Shown here: piece by piece, positions 23,199 to 33,367 of the stretch
Layout of the letters: every line of letters begins with the position of its first letter
Position numbering within the stretch: the stretch's first letter is position 1
Made by a program: the position numbers and the translations under genes
The notes under the pieces: model-generated
Told to the model about the DNA's origin: nothing
The model's input: only the letters and a program-made list of their open reading frames with translations
The model's database searches: none
NCBI GenBank assembly: GCA_965214605.1
Contig: OZ243961.1
Coordinates: 832,001-896,000 of the forward strand
Source: an uncultured Candidatus Binatia bacterium
GTDB taxonomy: Bacteria > Desulfobacterota > Binatia > Bin18
Length of the DNA stretch: 64,000 nucleotides
Direction: 5' to 3'

Positions 23199-23606
23199 TT
23201 GATGCCACACGTCACCATCCTAGGATCGGTCGACCTACGTCAAATCATTATTCGCCGACCAGAGATGTTTCTCCGGGACCCCGATGGTATTAAACGGGTC
23301 AGTGAGTATTACACCAACACCGATTGCAGCAAACTGCTCCTCGAAGCCCTCGTGATTGAACCGGGGAAAAAACAACAGTTCTTTTTCCAAGTCAGCAAGA
23401 AGGCCAACGGGGCCCTAGTACGGCTTGATCCCATCAGCGGTGCGGAGAAAACGACGGGTGTGAAGCGATTAATGGGCCAGGTGGCGTTTGCCATCAAATC
23501 GCTGTTTCCAGGCTCGCGTTACGGCAAAACCAATATTGTCGATTTCATCCCCGATTACGAACGCCCGAGCGGATCGCGCGGCAAGAAACTCCGGGCGGTG
23601 GCCTAA
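23199..23606 (+). CDS. Hypothetical protein (135 aa)
   Basis: AAGGAGAG RBS, protein-like composition, fills the gap between ribB and hpnD. Confidence 0.75.
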   Translation: MMPHVTILGSVDLRQIIIRRPEMFLRDPDGIKRVSEYYTNTDCSKLLLEALVIEPGKKQQFFFQVSKKANGALVRLDPISGAEKTTGVKRLMGQVAFAIKSLFPGSRYGKTNIVDFIPDYERPSGSRGKKLRAVA

Positions 23607-23621
23607 AGGCCCGCCAGTGTT

Positions 23622-24602
23622 TCACCAGCCGAACCGTCCCCGCCGCCAAGCGTATAGGGCAAGCCTGATTTTACACCAGCTGCTGAGGCTTATGCGTCGG
23701 CCAAAGACCTGAAACTTCTGGGCGGCGATCTCGTCGAGTAGACGCCGATAGATGAAGTGCATGGCCTCGGCAGCGGCGAGGCTACGGCGGTCTTCTTCGG
23801 CCAGCTTGGCCGTAGCCTGCCGATAGTATTCTCGGGCTCGCTCTTGTTCAAAATTCATCAGCCGGACAAACGCCTCATTGTACACTCCGGCACACAACTC
23901 CTGTTCGCTATAGCCGTAGGCGGCCAAATCTTCAGCCGGCAGGTAAATCCGATCCCGTCCGGCGTCCTCGCCCACGTCACGCAGAATATTTGTTAACTGC
24001 AGCGCCAGACCCAGGTTTACGGCATAGTCCGGGGTTTGGGGATCGCGGTAACCAAAGATCTCAATGCAGATCAGCCCCACGAGACAGGCCACATGGTAGC
24101 AGTAGTCACGCAGTTCATCGAAGGTCTGATAGCGCGTGCGGTGGAGGTCCATCTCCACGCCATCGATAATCCCGGCCAGGTGGCGGCGCTCAATAGGGAA
24201 ACGCTGGCTTGCATCGGCCAGGGCTTGGGAGATGGGGTGGCGTGGCTTTTGATTATAGCAGTAGTCGAGTTCTTCCCGCCACAGGTCGAGCAGCCGGGTG
24301 AGGGCCTGGGTACGGCTGTCAGTCGTATCGGGCGCGCAGTTGGTGTGACGCGCCGCGTCCATCTGTGCCTCATGACCTGCGATATCGTCATCGGTGATAT
24401 CGTCCATGAACCGACAGAAGGCATAGGTAGCGCAGAGGGCGTTGTGGCGCTCTTTGGATAACAGATAGAAGGCGTAAGAGAAGTTTGAGGAGCTCTGGCG
24501 GGTTACCCGGCGGCAGTAGGCGTACGCCTCGGCAAGCGAAGTGGTGGGCCGAGATAGGATAAGAGGGCCGTGTTCCTCGGATCGTGGCGGAGTCTGGCTC
24601 AC
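23622..24602 (-). CDS. hpnD: Presqualene diphosphate synthase / phytoene-squalene synthase family
   Basis: SSSNFSYAFYLL, YAFCRFMDDITD, GVEMDL, YCYHVA, LQLTNILRDVGED. Confidence 0.8.
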   Translation of the reverse strand: MSQTPPRSEEHGPLILSRPTTSLAEAYAYCRRVTRQSSSNFSYAFYLLSKERHNALCATYAFCRFMDDITDDDIAGHEAQMDAARHTNCAPDTTDSRTQALTRLLDLWREELDYCYNQKPRHPISQALADASQRFPIERRHLAGIIDGVEMDLHRTRYQTFDELRDYCYHVACLVGLICIEIFGYRDPQTPDYAVNLGLALQLTNILRDVGEDAGRDRIYLPAEDLAAYGYSEQELCAGVYNEAFVRLMNFEQERAREYYRQATAKLAEEDRRSLAAAEAMHFIYRRLLDEIAAQKFQVFGRRISLSSWCKIRLALYAWRRGRFGW

Positions 24603-24645
24603 CGTGGGATCGTTTCAACACGCGCGCTTCTGCAGACGAGTCTTC

Positions 24646-25824
24646 TTAGGCCGCCGCCCCAGGTTGTACGCGCGCGATCAGTTGCCGGGCTTGGGCACGG
24701 GCCCAGCTGTCGACTTCGAGCAAACTGTCAAGGTCGGTCACCGCAGATGGCTCATGGGCGTCTAATACCCGCTCGTTGAGCGCCGCAATATCGGAGAAAC
24801 GCAGCTGCCCGTTCAGAAAATGCTCAACCGTTACCTCATTAGCCGCATTGAGCACAGCCGGACACGTCCCCCCCTGTCGCAGGGCCGTATAGGCCAAGCG
24901 GAGGCACGGGAATTTGTCAAAATCGGGGGCAAAAAACTCGAGCTGCGCCACCGCGGTCAGATCCAGACCGGGTAAGTGCTCAAGTGCTAGACGGTCGGGA
25001 TAGGCCAAAATGTACGAGATGGGGACGGCCATATCGGGAATCCCGAGCTGAGCCAGCACTGAGCCGTCAACATATTCGACCATCGAATGGACAATGCTCT
25101 GAGGATGGACGATCACCGATACCTGTTCGGGCGCCAGATCAAACAACCAGCGTGCCTCAATCACCTCAAGTCCCTTATTCATCAGGGTCGCCGAGTCGAT
25201 CGTAATCTTGTTCCCCATCTTCCAGGTCGGATGCCGCAGCGCCTCTTCAACGCTCACGTTAGCCAGCTCAGCAATCGGACGTTGTCGGAACGGACCGCCC
25301 GAGGCGGTCAGCAGAATACGTTTGAGCCGCTCGCGGGGGTGACCCTGGAGGGCCTGAAAGATGGCGTTGTGCTCGCTGTCTACCGGCAACAGGCTCACAC
25401 CGGCCTGCCGGGCCTCCCGCGTCATCAACTCGCCGGCAATGACCAGGGCTTCTTTGTTGGCCAGCGCAATGGTTTTCCCGGCCCGCACCCCTGCCAGGGT
25501 CGGCGGGAGTCCGAGCGCTCCGACAAGGGCGGCTATCAGCATGTCGGCCTCGGGATGGGTGGCTGTAGCCAACAGTCCTTCGGTCCCACACAGGATTGTA
25601 CCGCCAAAATGGGGCAATTGCTCTTTGAGCGCCCGTGCGTCGTCTTCATTGGCCAAGGACACCAAATCGGGCTGAAAATACTGAATCTGTTCCACCAATT
25701 TGGCCACATTACGGCCCGCAGCCAAAGCCACGACCTGAAATTGCTCAGGAAATCGTTCAACAATGGAAAGCGTTGTTACTCCAATCGAACCGGTTGAGCC
25801 CAGAACGGCCAGCTTTCTCATCAC
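24646..25824 (-). CDS. dxr: 1-deoxy-D-xylulose-5-phosphate reductoisomerase
   Basis: LGSTGSIG, LANKE, PVDSEH, TASGGPF, HPTWKMGNKITIDSATLMNKGLE. Confidence 0.98.
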   Translation of the reverse strand: MMRKLAVLGSTGSIGVTTLSIVERFPEQFQVVALAAGRNVAKLVEQIQYFQPDLVSLANEDDARALKEQLPHFGGTILCGTEGLLATATHPEADMLIAALVGALGLPPTLAGVRAGKTIALANKEALVIAGELMTREARQAGVSLLPVDSEHNAIFQALQGHPRERLKRILLTASGGPFRQRPIAELANVSVEEALRHPTWKMGNKITIDSATLMNKGLEVIEARWLFDLAPEQVSVIVHPQSIVHSMVEYVDGSVLAQLGIPDMAVPISYILAYPDRLALEHLPGLDLTAVAQLEFFAPDFDKFPCLRLAYTALRQGGTCPAVLNAANEVTVEHFLNGQLRFSDIAALNERVLDAHEPSAVTDLDSLLEVDSWARAQARQLIARVQPGAAA

Positions 25825-25838
25825 CTTCCCCCACCTGC

Positions 25839-26351
25839 TCAGAGCGGCACCGCTCTACTCTTCCGCAACTCGTCCTGCTGATCAAACTGCTGTCCACGAC
25901 GAAGAGAGACCTGGGGTGATTCACCAACCCCCATAAACTGCATGCGTACCGAACGGGGACGGGGACCGTCGAGTTCGGCAAAAATAATCCGTTGAAATTG
26001 GCCTAACACAAGCTCCCCGTTTTCCACCTGCAAGGCGAGTGAACCGCCCAACATGATAGCCCGCAGATGCGCGGCCGCATTCTTGCGCTCACAATCGGAC
26101 AGGGCCGGATCGTTATGCTTATAGCCCGTCTTATCAGCCACAACCCGGCGCAGGAAGGCATCCACGTCATCCCATAACGCATCCTGGGTCTCGGTATAAA
26201 AGACACCGGTCGTGGTATGGAGGGTTGAAACCACCCCCATCCCATTCCTCACACCACTCTCAGCCACAAACTGTTTGACCTGCTGGGTCAGGTCAAACAG
26301 TTGGACTTGGGTTCTTGTGTCGAGTTGGATTGTCCTGGACTGAATAATCAT
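25839..26351 (-). CDS. yjbQ: YjbQ/UPF0047 family protein
   Basis: HTTTG, YKHN, NAAAHLRA, LGQFQRIIFAELDGPR. Confidence 0.88.
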   Translation of the reverse strand: MIIQSRTIQLDTRTQVQLFDLTQQVKQFVAESGVRNGMGVVSTLHTTTGVFYTETQDALWDDVDAFLRRVVADKTGYKHNDPALSDCERKNAAAHLRAIMLGGSLALQVENGELVLGQFQRIIFAELDGPRPRSVRMQFMGVGESPQVSLRRGQQFDQQDELRKSRAVPL

Positions 26352-26693
26352 GCAACACCTCCCCTTACGCTATCAGCCTAGCTCACCCCAAGCCCATCCT
26401 CCGGCGTGTTGAGGCAGCTCTTGTGGGTCTTTGTCTGAGTCGCCTGTTTCTTTCGGAACAAGTGCAGAGGGCAGCTGCTCACCATCTCCCTTAGATACTT
26501 CTTCTACTAACCGATCGGTCAGGAAATGACAAAAAAAGAGAGCGCAACCGCTCTCCGCCCTCGCTGTAGCGGATAATTTTAAAGCCTTGGACTCAGAGTG
26601 TCAATCGCCGCTGCGTGCTTGATCCCACGGTTTCTCCCCAGTCACAATCTTGATATCCTGCCTACAGAGCTCGGCCTGATAGGGAAGGTTAGC

Positions 26694-28031
26694 ATGTCGG
26701 ATCGTTCTAGAGCGCGCCGCAGTCTTCTTCTCGCACTCCTCATCGCCCTTCTGTCCGTCCCCCTCAATGGGGAAGCCCCGTATGCCGCGCCCGCGGCTGG
26801 GTCGCCAGGGCGGATTGCCTACATTGACCAAGCCGGAGACTTGTATACGGTCAAACCGGACGGCACCGACCGACGCCAACTTGCCTCTGGCGAATTGTTA
26901 CAGTCCGTTTCAATATCCGCCCCGTCTTCCTTTTCCTTTCACCAGATCCAGGCGCGGCAGGAAAAGCGCGCGGCGGCTTATAGTTGGCCGATCTGGTCAC
27001 CCCAGGGAGAACGTCTGGCCTGTTTTCGAATTGTTCTCGACGAGCACGGCCAGACCGGAGAGCTGTATATTTTTGACGTGACGAGTTCACAGGTCCTCAA
27101 CGTCTACACCGAGCGCGGTCTGCAGCCCATCTACGCCTACTGGTCCCCGAACGGACGATACCTCGCGGTGTTACGCAACCGGACCCACACCTTATCCTTG
27201 GACCTCTGGCCCTCTGCAGGCTGGCAAGCGCCCGCCATGATCGCCCAAGGCGCGCCCTTCTATTTTGACTGGCGAGCCGACGCCGAGGTCCTCCTCGTTC
27301 ACCACGGTCCGAGCGAGCGGCGTGGCCAGACCCCCGGCTATTCTGTCGGTCTGCTCAACATCAGGGACGGCCAACGCAAAACCGTGTCACACAGTCCAGC
27401 ATCGTTTGGTGCTCCGTCATGGTCTTTTGATAGCCGGTGGATGGCCTACGGCGATGACCGACAGCTGCCGGTCTCGCTCATGATTGCCCCGGCCGACGGC
27501 AGCAGCCCCAAGCCGTTTGCGAGTGTCTCGGAACGCATTGCGATTGGCTGGTCTCCAACCCAAGCCCTGGTTGCGGTTGCCACAACCTCAGTGGCGGGCT
27601 GGCCGGGATTCGAAGAACTGCGGCTTATCGACATTGCCAGTGGCCAGGTCCGCCGCTTGGTCAAAGATCATTTTACGGCCTATTTCTGGTCGCCCAACGG
27701 GAAACGGATTCTATACGCCCGGCATCGCCCCGGCACCCGGCTCGGCACCTGGATCGTTGTCGACGTAGCCAGTGGACAGGCAAACGCCGTTATCGACTTT
27801 GCCCCGTCCCGGGCCCAGCTCCAAGTGTTCCAATACTTCGACCAGTATGCCTTGTCGCATCGTCTGTGGTCACCCGATAGCGAACGTTTTGTTTTTTCGG
27901 GAAACGCCGGATCAGACGCCCACCCCCTGCTCGCGGTCCGCTCCCCTCAGGTATACGTGGTGGAGGCAAAACAAGGGACCAGCCCTCAAGTCGTGGCCAA
28001 CGGCGAGAGTGCCTTTTGGTCGCCGCGCTGA
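26694..28031 (+). CDS. Secreted TolB-like beta-propeller (PD40 repeats)
   Basis: Signal-peptide-like N-terminus; repeated WSPxG motifs (WSPQG, WSPNG, WSPT, WSPDS). Confidence 0.8.
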   Translation: MSDRSRARRSLLLALLIALLSVPLNGEAPYAAPAAGSPGRIAYIDQAGDLYTVKPDGTDRRQLASGELLQSVSISAPSSFSFHQIQARQEKRAAAYSWPIWSPQGERLACFRIVLDEHGQTGELYIFDVTSSQVLNVYTERGLQPIYAYWSPNGRYLAVLRNRTHTLSLDLWPSAGWQAPAMIAQGAPFYFDWRADAEVLLVHHGPSERRGQTPGYSVGLLNIRDGQRKTVSHSPASFGAPSWSFDSRWMAYGDDRQLPVSLMIAPADGSSPKPFASVSERIAIGWSPTQALVAVATTSVAGWPGFEELRLIDIASGQVRRLVKDHFTAYFWSPNGKRILYARHRPGTRLGTWIVVDVASGQANAVIDFAPSRAQLQVFQYFDQYALSHRLWSPDSERFVFSGNAGSDAHPLLAVRSPQVYVVEAKQGTSPQVVANGESAFWSPR

Positions 28032-28141
28032 AGATAGGCACTTTGTCTCCGTTTTTTGCCTAAAAAATCAGCAATGCCTATCATTTACCCAGACTAAACC
28101 CATCTTGGGGACAAAAATTCACCAGTTTCCCAGTCTCCGCC

Positions 28142-28157
28142 TGGCACTCTCTTTGCT
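28142..28157 (+). promoter_or_regulatory. Sigma54 -24/-12 promoter for amtB
   Basis: TGGCAC-TCTCT-TTGCT matches the consensus, ~70 nt upstream of amtB. Confidence 0.8.
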
Positions 28158-28228
28158 GAGTACGAATGGACCCGGTCACCGTAGTGGCCTCACACGACTG
28201 CATTTTCGCTCAATTAAGGAGAGAGGAC

Positions 28229-29542
28229 ATGACGCATAGGGGAAAACGTTTTGCTTTGGGATTGGCGAGTTGTCTGGGTCTTTTGGTGTTCGGCACACGC
28301 GGGGCGCTGGCCCAGCAGGCGTCAACGATTGATAGCGGGGATACCACCTGGATGTTGACCTCTTCGGCCATCGTCCTGATGATGACCGCCCCGGGTCTAG
28401 CCTTGTTCTACGGGGGCTTAGTCCGTCGCAAGAACAGCCTGTCAACCATTATGCAGAGTTTTATCCTAATCGCCGTGATGAGTATCCAGTGGGTGTTGTG
28501 GGGCTATACGCTGGCTTTTGGTCCAGACATCGGCGGTCTCATCGGTAGTCTTGACTGGCTAGGGCTGGTCGGGGTCGGCGGTGAGCCGAGCGATTACGCC
28601 GCGACCATTCCCCACCAGGCATTCATGATCTTTCAGGGCATGTTTGCCATTATTACCCCAGCCCTCATTACCGGGGCGGTTGCCGACCGCATGAAGTTCA
28701 GCGGCTTCCTGGTCTTTATGGTGCTGTGGGCAACCTTTGTCTACGATCCGGTGGCTCACTGGGTATGGGGAGGCGGCTGGATTGGGGCTATGGGCGCCCT
28801 GGACTTTGCCGGGGGGACGGTTGTTCACATTAGCTCGGGCATTTCGGCTCTGGCCGCGGCAATCGTCCTGGGCAAGCGGCGTGGCTATCCTCAGGAGCCA
28901 ATGCCGCCGCATAATCTGCCGTTCACCGTCATTGGCGCCGCCCTGCTCTGGGTGGGCTGGTTTGGCTTTAATGCCGGCAGCGCCCTGGCTGCCGACGCCA
29001 TTGCCACCAGTGCTTTTGTGGCGACCAACACCGCCGCCGCCGCCGCAACCTTGGGCTGGATGTTCACCGAATGGGCGATCCGCGGCAAGCCAACCGTGCT
29101 CGGTGCGGCCAGCGGAGCGGTAGCCGGTCTGGTCGGGATTACTCCAGGAGCGGGCTTTGTGAGTCCTTTAGCCGCGCTGGTCATTGGCGCTATTACCGGG
29201 GTGTTGTGTTTCCTGGCCTGTAACATCAAGGGCCGTCTGGGCTACGACGACTCGCTTGATGTTGTTGGGATCCATGGCGTGGGCGGAACGGTCGGAGCGC
29301 TGCTCACCGGGGTGTTTGCCTCACCAGCTATCAACCAGGCCGGTGTGGGACTGTTGTACGGCAACCCGGGCCAGCTGTGGACCCAGTTTGTGTCTGTTGT
29401 CGCCACAATGGTGTACTGCTTTGTGGTCGCCTTTATTCTGCTGAAAATAGTGGATGCGACAGTCGGTCTGCGGGTGGATGAAGAGGAGGAGAACCTCGGT
29501 CTTGACCTGTCCCAGCACGGCGAGAACGCTTATACCATCTGA
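28229..29542 (+). CDS. amtB: Ammonium transporter
   Basis: MTAPGLALFYGG, FQGMFAIIT, HWVWGGG, DFAGGTVVH, WFGFNAGS, DDSLDVVGIHG. Confidence 0.97.
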   Translation: MTHRGKRFALGLASCLGLLVFGTRGALAQQASTIDSGDTTWMLTSSAIVLMMTAPGLALFYGGLVRRKNSLSTIMQSFILIAVMSIQWVLWGYTLAFGPDIGGLIGSLDWLGLVGVGGEPSDYAATIPHQAFMIFQGMFAIITPALITGAVADRMKFSGFLVFMVLWATFVYDPVAHWVWGGGWIGAMGALDFAGGTVVHISSGISALAAAIVLGKRRGYPQEPMPPHNLPFTVIGAALLWVGWFGFNAGSALAADAIATSAFVATNTAAAAATLGWMFTEWAIRGKPTVLGAASGAVAGLVGITPGAGFVSPLAALVIGAITGVLCFLACNIKGRLGYDDSLDVVGIHGVGGTVGALLTGVFASPAINQAGVGLLYGNPGQLWTQFVSVVATMVYCFVVAFILLKIVDATVGLRVDEEEENLGLDLSQHGENAYTI

Positions 29543-29645
29543 GGGCTCGGCATCCTCGGTTTTCCGACGGTTTCCATCTACCCGTCATCTTTGCTGAGCA
29601 GTGGGCGTGCCGTCCGCTGCTCAAGGCAAACGCCCGCCTCTCGCT

Positions 29646-30470
29646 CTAGCCCTCCAGCGTCACCCGATAGCCAGCAAATTTTCGGACATTCAGCACCCCC
29701 GTATCAAACATCAGATACTGCCCTTTGATGCCGATGAGCGTCCCCTTGACCTCGGGTTGCTTGTCGAAATTGTGGGCGATCAGCCTCTGGGGATAACGCT
29801 GCACGGGAAACTTGAAGCGGCGGGTCGGCTCGGTCGGCAGCAGAACGATCCGCCCCTCGCCCGCGGTCTTGGTAATGTGGTCAATATCGTCCCGACACTG
29901 CTCGACCAGAGCGTCGCGCTGCGCCGGCATATCGCACCGCGGAGGGTCGCCTTTGAGCATCTTACGCCAGTTGGTTCGGTCGGCAACATAGTTTTTCATC
30001 GCCACCTCGACCAAGCCCGCCAGATAACGGCTCGCGGCCAGAAAAATAGGCAGGCCCTGGACCGCCCCCTGATCCAGCCAGCGGGTGGGAATCTGGGTAG
30101 CCCGGGTGATCCCGACCTTGAGCCCTGAGGAGTTGGCGAGATAGACGTAGTGGGGCTGCATACAGTGGGCCACGCCCCAGTCCGGCTGCCGACAGGTTCC
30201 TGCCGTATAGTGACACAACTCGGGTTTCACCATACAGACGTCACAGCTGGCCAAGCTCCGGAAACACGGATAACAGTGGCCTTGATGAAAGCTCTTTTTT
30301 GTCTTGCGGCCGCACGCAACACAGAAAATATCGCCCGAGAACCGTATCCGCAGCGTTGCGCCTAGCAGGGCGTTTAGCTCGAGCTGTTCTTCACCGACCG
30401 GTAAATCATAGCCAATTGGAGTCGTCGCAGCCGTACGCATCTTGGCTAAATCGCCGTGCAGCGTTCTCAC
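29646..30470 (-). CDS. DUF2797 domain protein
   Basis: CVACGRKTKKSFHQGHCYPC, HYVYLANSSGLKVGITR, TRWLDQGA, GIKGQYL. Confidence 0.88.
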   Translation of the reverse strand: MRTLHGDLAKMRTAATTPIGYDLPVGEEQLELNALLGATLRIRFSGDIFCVACGRKTKKSFHQGHCYPCFRSLASCDVCMVKPELCHYTAGTCRQPDWGVAHCMQPHYVYLANSSGLKVGITRATQIPTRWLDQGAVQGLPIFLAASRYLAGLVEVAMKNYVADRTNWRKMLKGDPPRCDMPAQRDALVEQCRDDIDHITKTAGEGRIVLLPTEPTRRFKFPVQRYPQRLIAHNFDKQPEVKGTLIGIKGQYLMFDTGVLNVRKFAGYRVTLEG

Positions 30471-30518
30471 CCTGTATCCCCCTTTCCGCCCGTCTATTGG
30501 CGCGCGTCGAGTCCTAAA

Positions 30519-31310
30519 CTACTTCCCCCGCCACACGGGTTTGCGCTTCTCCAAAAACGCGCGAACCCCTTCTTGGAAGTCCTGGCTCATATAGGCGCGG
30601 ACAATCAGGTCTTCGCCCAGTTCGCCCTCTGGTATGCTGCGTCGATAGTGCTGTAAACGTCGGACCGCTTCCTTTGTCACCTCAAGGGTAATCGGGGCGT
30701 GGCCGGCAATCTCCTCAGCAACCTCCCGAACATGGGTATGCAGGCGTTCAGCCGGCACGATATCATTCACGAGCCCGATCTGGTGCGCCTCATCCGCACC
30801 AACGAGCCGGGCGCGAAACACCAAGTCCTTTGTGCGGGCCGGCCCCAGCATGTCTAACAGACGGGCGTACGCGGCCACCGACAAACAGTTGCCCAGGGTC
30901 CGGGCGATTGGCACTCCGATACGGCTGTCGGGCGTGCAGTAGCGTAAATCGCAGGCCAGAGCCAGTGCCGCACCACCGCCAACCGCCACCCCCTCAATGG
31001 CGGCAATAGTCGGCTTGTTGACCGCCTCGACCCGACGCAGGACACGCTCCAGCCGGCCTTCGTAGTCAATCGCGTCGTCCGGCGTCTGAAAGGCTTGAAA
31101 CTGGCCAATATCCGTTCCCGCCACAAACGCCTTCCCCCCGGCCCCACGAACAATCAGCACCCGGATATCGGACTCGGCATCGGTCTGCTCACACGCCTCG
31201 AGCAGGCCGTCATACATGGCCCAGGTCATAGCATTCCGAAACTCCGGCCGGTTAAAGGTTACCAGCGCAACCGCCCCCTGTCGCTCAAACAAAATCTCAG
31301 CTTGGCTCAC
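30519..31310 (-). CDS. Enoyl-CoA hydratase/isomerase family protein
   Basis: FNRPEFRNAM, AFVAGTDI, KPTIAAIEGVAVGGG, DFQEGVRAFLEKRKP. Confidence 0.92.
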   Translation of the reverse strand: MSQAEILFERQGAVALVTFNRPEFRNAMTWAMYDGLLEACEQTDAESDIRVLIVRGAGGKAFVAGTDIGQFQAFQTPDDAIDYEGRLERVLRRVEAVNKPTIAAIEGVAVGGGAALALACDLRYCTPDSRIGVPIARTLGNCLSVAAYARLLDMLGPARTKDLVFRARLVGADEAHQIGLVNDIVPAERLHTHVREVAEEIAGHAPITLEVTKEAVRRLQHYRRSIPEGELGEDLIVRAYMSQDFQEGVRAFLEKRKPVWRGK

Positions 31311-31396
31311 GCGCCTCCTCCCCTGTTTAGACTTCCTGACTGTTCGCTGCCCGACCTCCATTGTCCAACCCTGTTTCTTCCGATACTGCCTCAGCC

Positions 31397-32290
31397 ATGC
31401 ATTTTTTCAACACGCCGCTCGGCCGACTCGTTCTGACGAGTATCGGTGTAGTGGCGATCTCGACCGCGGCGCCGCTGATCAAACTCATCCCCGAGGTGCC
31501 GAGTATGCTGGTGGCAGCCTATCGGCTCGGCTTTGCCAGCCTGCTCCTGCTGCCGATCGGCTGGAGGCGGCGCCAAACGGTGACCGTCAGCCGCAAACAG
31601 AGCGCCCTGATGCTCGGAGCCGGTCTGTGCCTCGCGCTTCACTTTGTCAGCTGGATTGCCTCACTGCGCTACACCTCGGTTGCCAGTTCCGTCGTCCTGG
31701 TCACGCTCACCCCCCTGCTCCTCCCCCCGGCCGCCTACCTGATCTGGGGCGAACGGTTGACCCGTCTGCTCATCATCGGCATCGGCCTGGCCACCATTGG
31801 TATCGGGTGCATTGCCTGGAACGATTTTCAGCTCAGCCCGCCACAAGCTCTGTTCGGCGACCTGCTGGCCGCAGGAGGGGCGGTCATGATGTCGGCCTAT
31901 CTGGTATGCGGGCGGCTGGCCCGGCCGACCGTCCCCCTGCCGCTGTACGTCGGCCTGGTGTACACCTGTGCGGCACTCTTGTTGTGGACGGGGTGCCTGC
32001 TCAGCCCGGTGTCCATCCTCGGCTATCCCGGGTCGGCCTATCTGGTCTTGCTGCTGCTGGGCCTCGGTCCCCAGCTCATCGGCCACACGATTGTGAACTG
32101 GGCACTGGCCTACCTCTCGCCGACCATTGTCGCCGTCACCCTGTTGGCTGAGCCGCTGGGCGCCTCTGTCCTGGCCTGGGTGTGGCTCGGCGAGTCGGTG
32201 TCGTGGCTCCAGGGATGTGGCGGCGTCCTCATTCTGGCCGGGATCAGTCTGGCCAACTATCAGGCTCAGCACGCCGCAACACCAGGATGA
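31397..32290 (+). CDS. EamA/DMT family transporter
   Basis: About 10 hydrophobic helices; SLRYTSVASS, GDLLA, LGPQLIGHT, EPLGA. Confidence 0.9.
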   Translation: MHFFNTPLGRLVLTSIGVVAISTAAPLIKLIPEVPSMLVAAYRLGFASLLLLPIGWRRRQTVTVSRKQSALMLGAGLCLALHFVSWIASLRYTSVASSVVLVTLTPLLLPPAAYLIWGERLTRLLIIGIGLATIGIGCIAWNDFQLSPPQALFGDLLAAGGAVMMSAYLVCGRLARPTVPLPLYVGLVYTCAALLLWTGCLLSPVSILGYPGSAYLVLLLLGLGPQLIGHTIVNWALAYLSPTIVAVTLLAEPLGASVLAWVWLGESVSWLQGCGGVLILAGISLANYQAQHAATPG

Positions 32291-32903
32291 GCAAGACAAA
32301 GGCCACGGCGCCCAGCAGCTCAAACGCCTCTTCAATATATGGATCTTTGGTGGCCCGGTCATAGATCTGAATCCCCCAATCACGCTGAAAAGCGGTCGCC
32401 TTATCCCAGATTTGAGCCAGTCCAAAACACACCAGGGTCAGCCCACCCCACACCACGCTTGGAGTCTGGTTGTACCGCCGCAGCATGGCCACGAGCGTCG
32501 GTCCTCGCCACACCATATAGCCGCCCCAGGCCAGGCTCAGCCCAAGCGAGGGCAGACCAAGGATCACCTTGTTTGTCAGCGGCACACTGTCCCGAAACAA
32601 ATAGGCCCACGAAAACATCCGATCCTCAAAAAACTCCTGATCCAGATCCAACTCTCGCCAAAAAAAGAAGAACGCAAAGCCCAGAACAAAAACCCAAAAC
32701 GTGCGTGTCTGTCCCTCGGCCCGCCACAAGCTCAGCAGGCTTAAGGCGAAAGCCCAGCCTAGCAGCACGGCCTGGACGTTTTGAAACAGCCCGTACTCCT
32801 GCATACTGAGCCATTCCTCGGCCCCGAGCAGACCTAGCACAAGAGTTACCACGCCACAGCCCACAAAGACGGAGAGCTGAGGGCCGGGGATTTTTCTTGA
32901 CAA
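32244..32903 (-). CDS. Hypothetical membrane protein
   Basis: Several hydrophobic segments with RELD and EEAFELLG motifs; fills the gap. Confidence 0.7.
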   Translation of the reverse strand: MSRKIPGPQLSVFVGCGVVTLVLGLLGAEEWLSMQEYGLFQNVQAVLLGWAFALSLLSLWRAEGQTRTFWVFVLGFAFFFFWRELDLDQEFFEDRMFSWAYLFRDSVPLTNKVILGLPSLGLSLAWGGYMVWRGPTLVAMLRRYNQTPSVVWGGLTLVCFGLAQIWDKATAFQRDWGIQIYDRATKDPYIEEAFELLGAVAFVLLILVLRRAEPDSWPD

Positions 32904-32955
32904 AACCGCCCCCTCCTCGCACTATGCGAGCATAACAGAAAGGACGGGAGGCCGT

Positions 32956-33366
32956 ATGTCAAGCGAACACAACAAAGCTATTGTCCGAAAAGCCATTGAC
33001 GCTCTCAGCCGTGGAGACATGGCCGGCTTTATGGCCGATGCCGCCGACGAGGTGTCCTTTACCCTGATCGGCTCCACCCCGCTGTCGGGAACAATTCAGG
33101 GCAAGCGTACTATTGAGCAGGGTCTGACCAACATTCTGGGCCAACGCCTTGAAGGCGGCGCGATCGCGATGACGATCCAAAACCTGATTGCCGACGGCGA
33201 ATACGTGGCCGAGCAGGCCACCGGCGTGTCCCACACCCACACCGGCAAGGACTACAACAACACCTACTGCCGAGTCTGGCGTATCGTGGACGGGAAAATT
33301 CACTCCCTGACCGAATACCTCGACACCGAACTTGTCCGTGACGCGCTGTGTGACGAGGAGCGCTAG
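32956..33366 (+). CDS. SnoaL-like / NTF2-family protein
   Basis: NKAIVR, IADGEYVA, GKDYNNTYC, EYLDT. Confidence 0.88.
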   Translation: MSSEHNKAIVRKAIDALSRGDMAGFMADAADEVSFTLIGSTPLSGTIQGKRTIEQGLTNILGQRLEGGAIAMTIQNLIADGEYVAEQATGVSHTHTGKDYNNTYCRVWRIVDGKIHSLTEYLDTELVRDALCDEER

Positions 33367-33367
33367 G

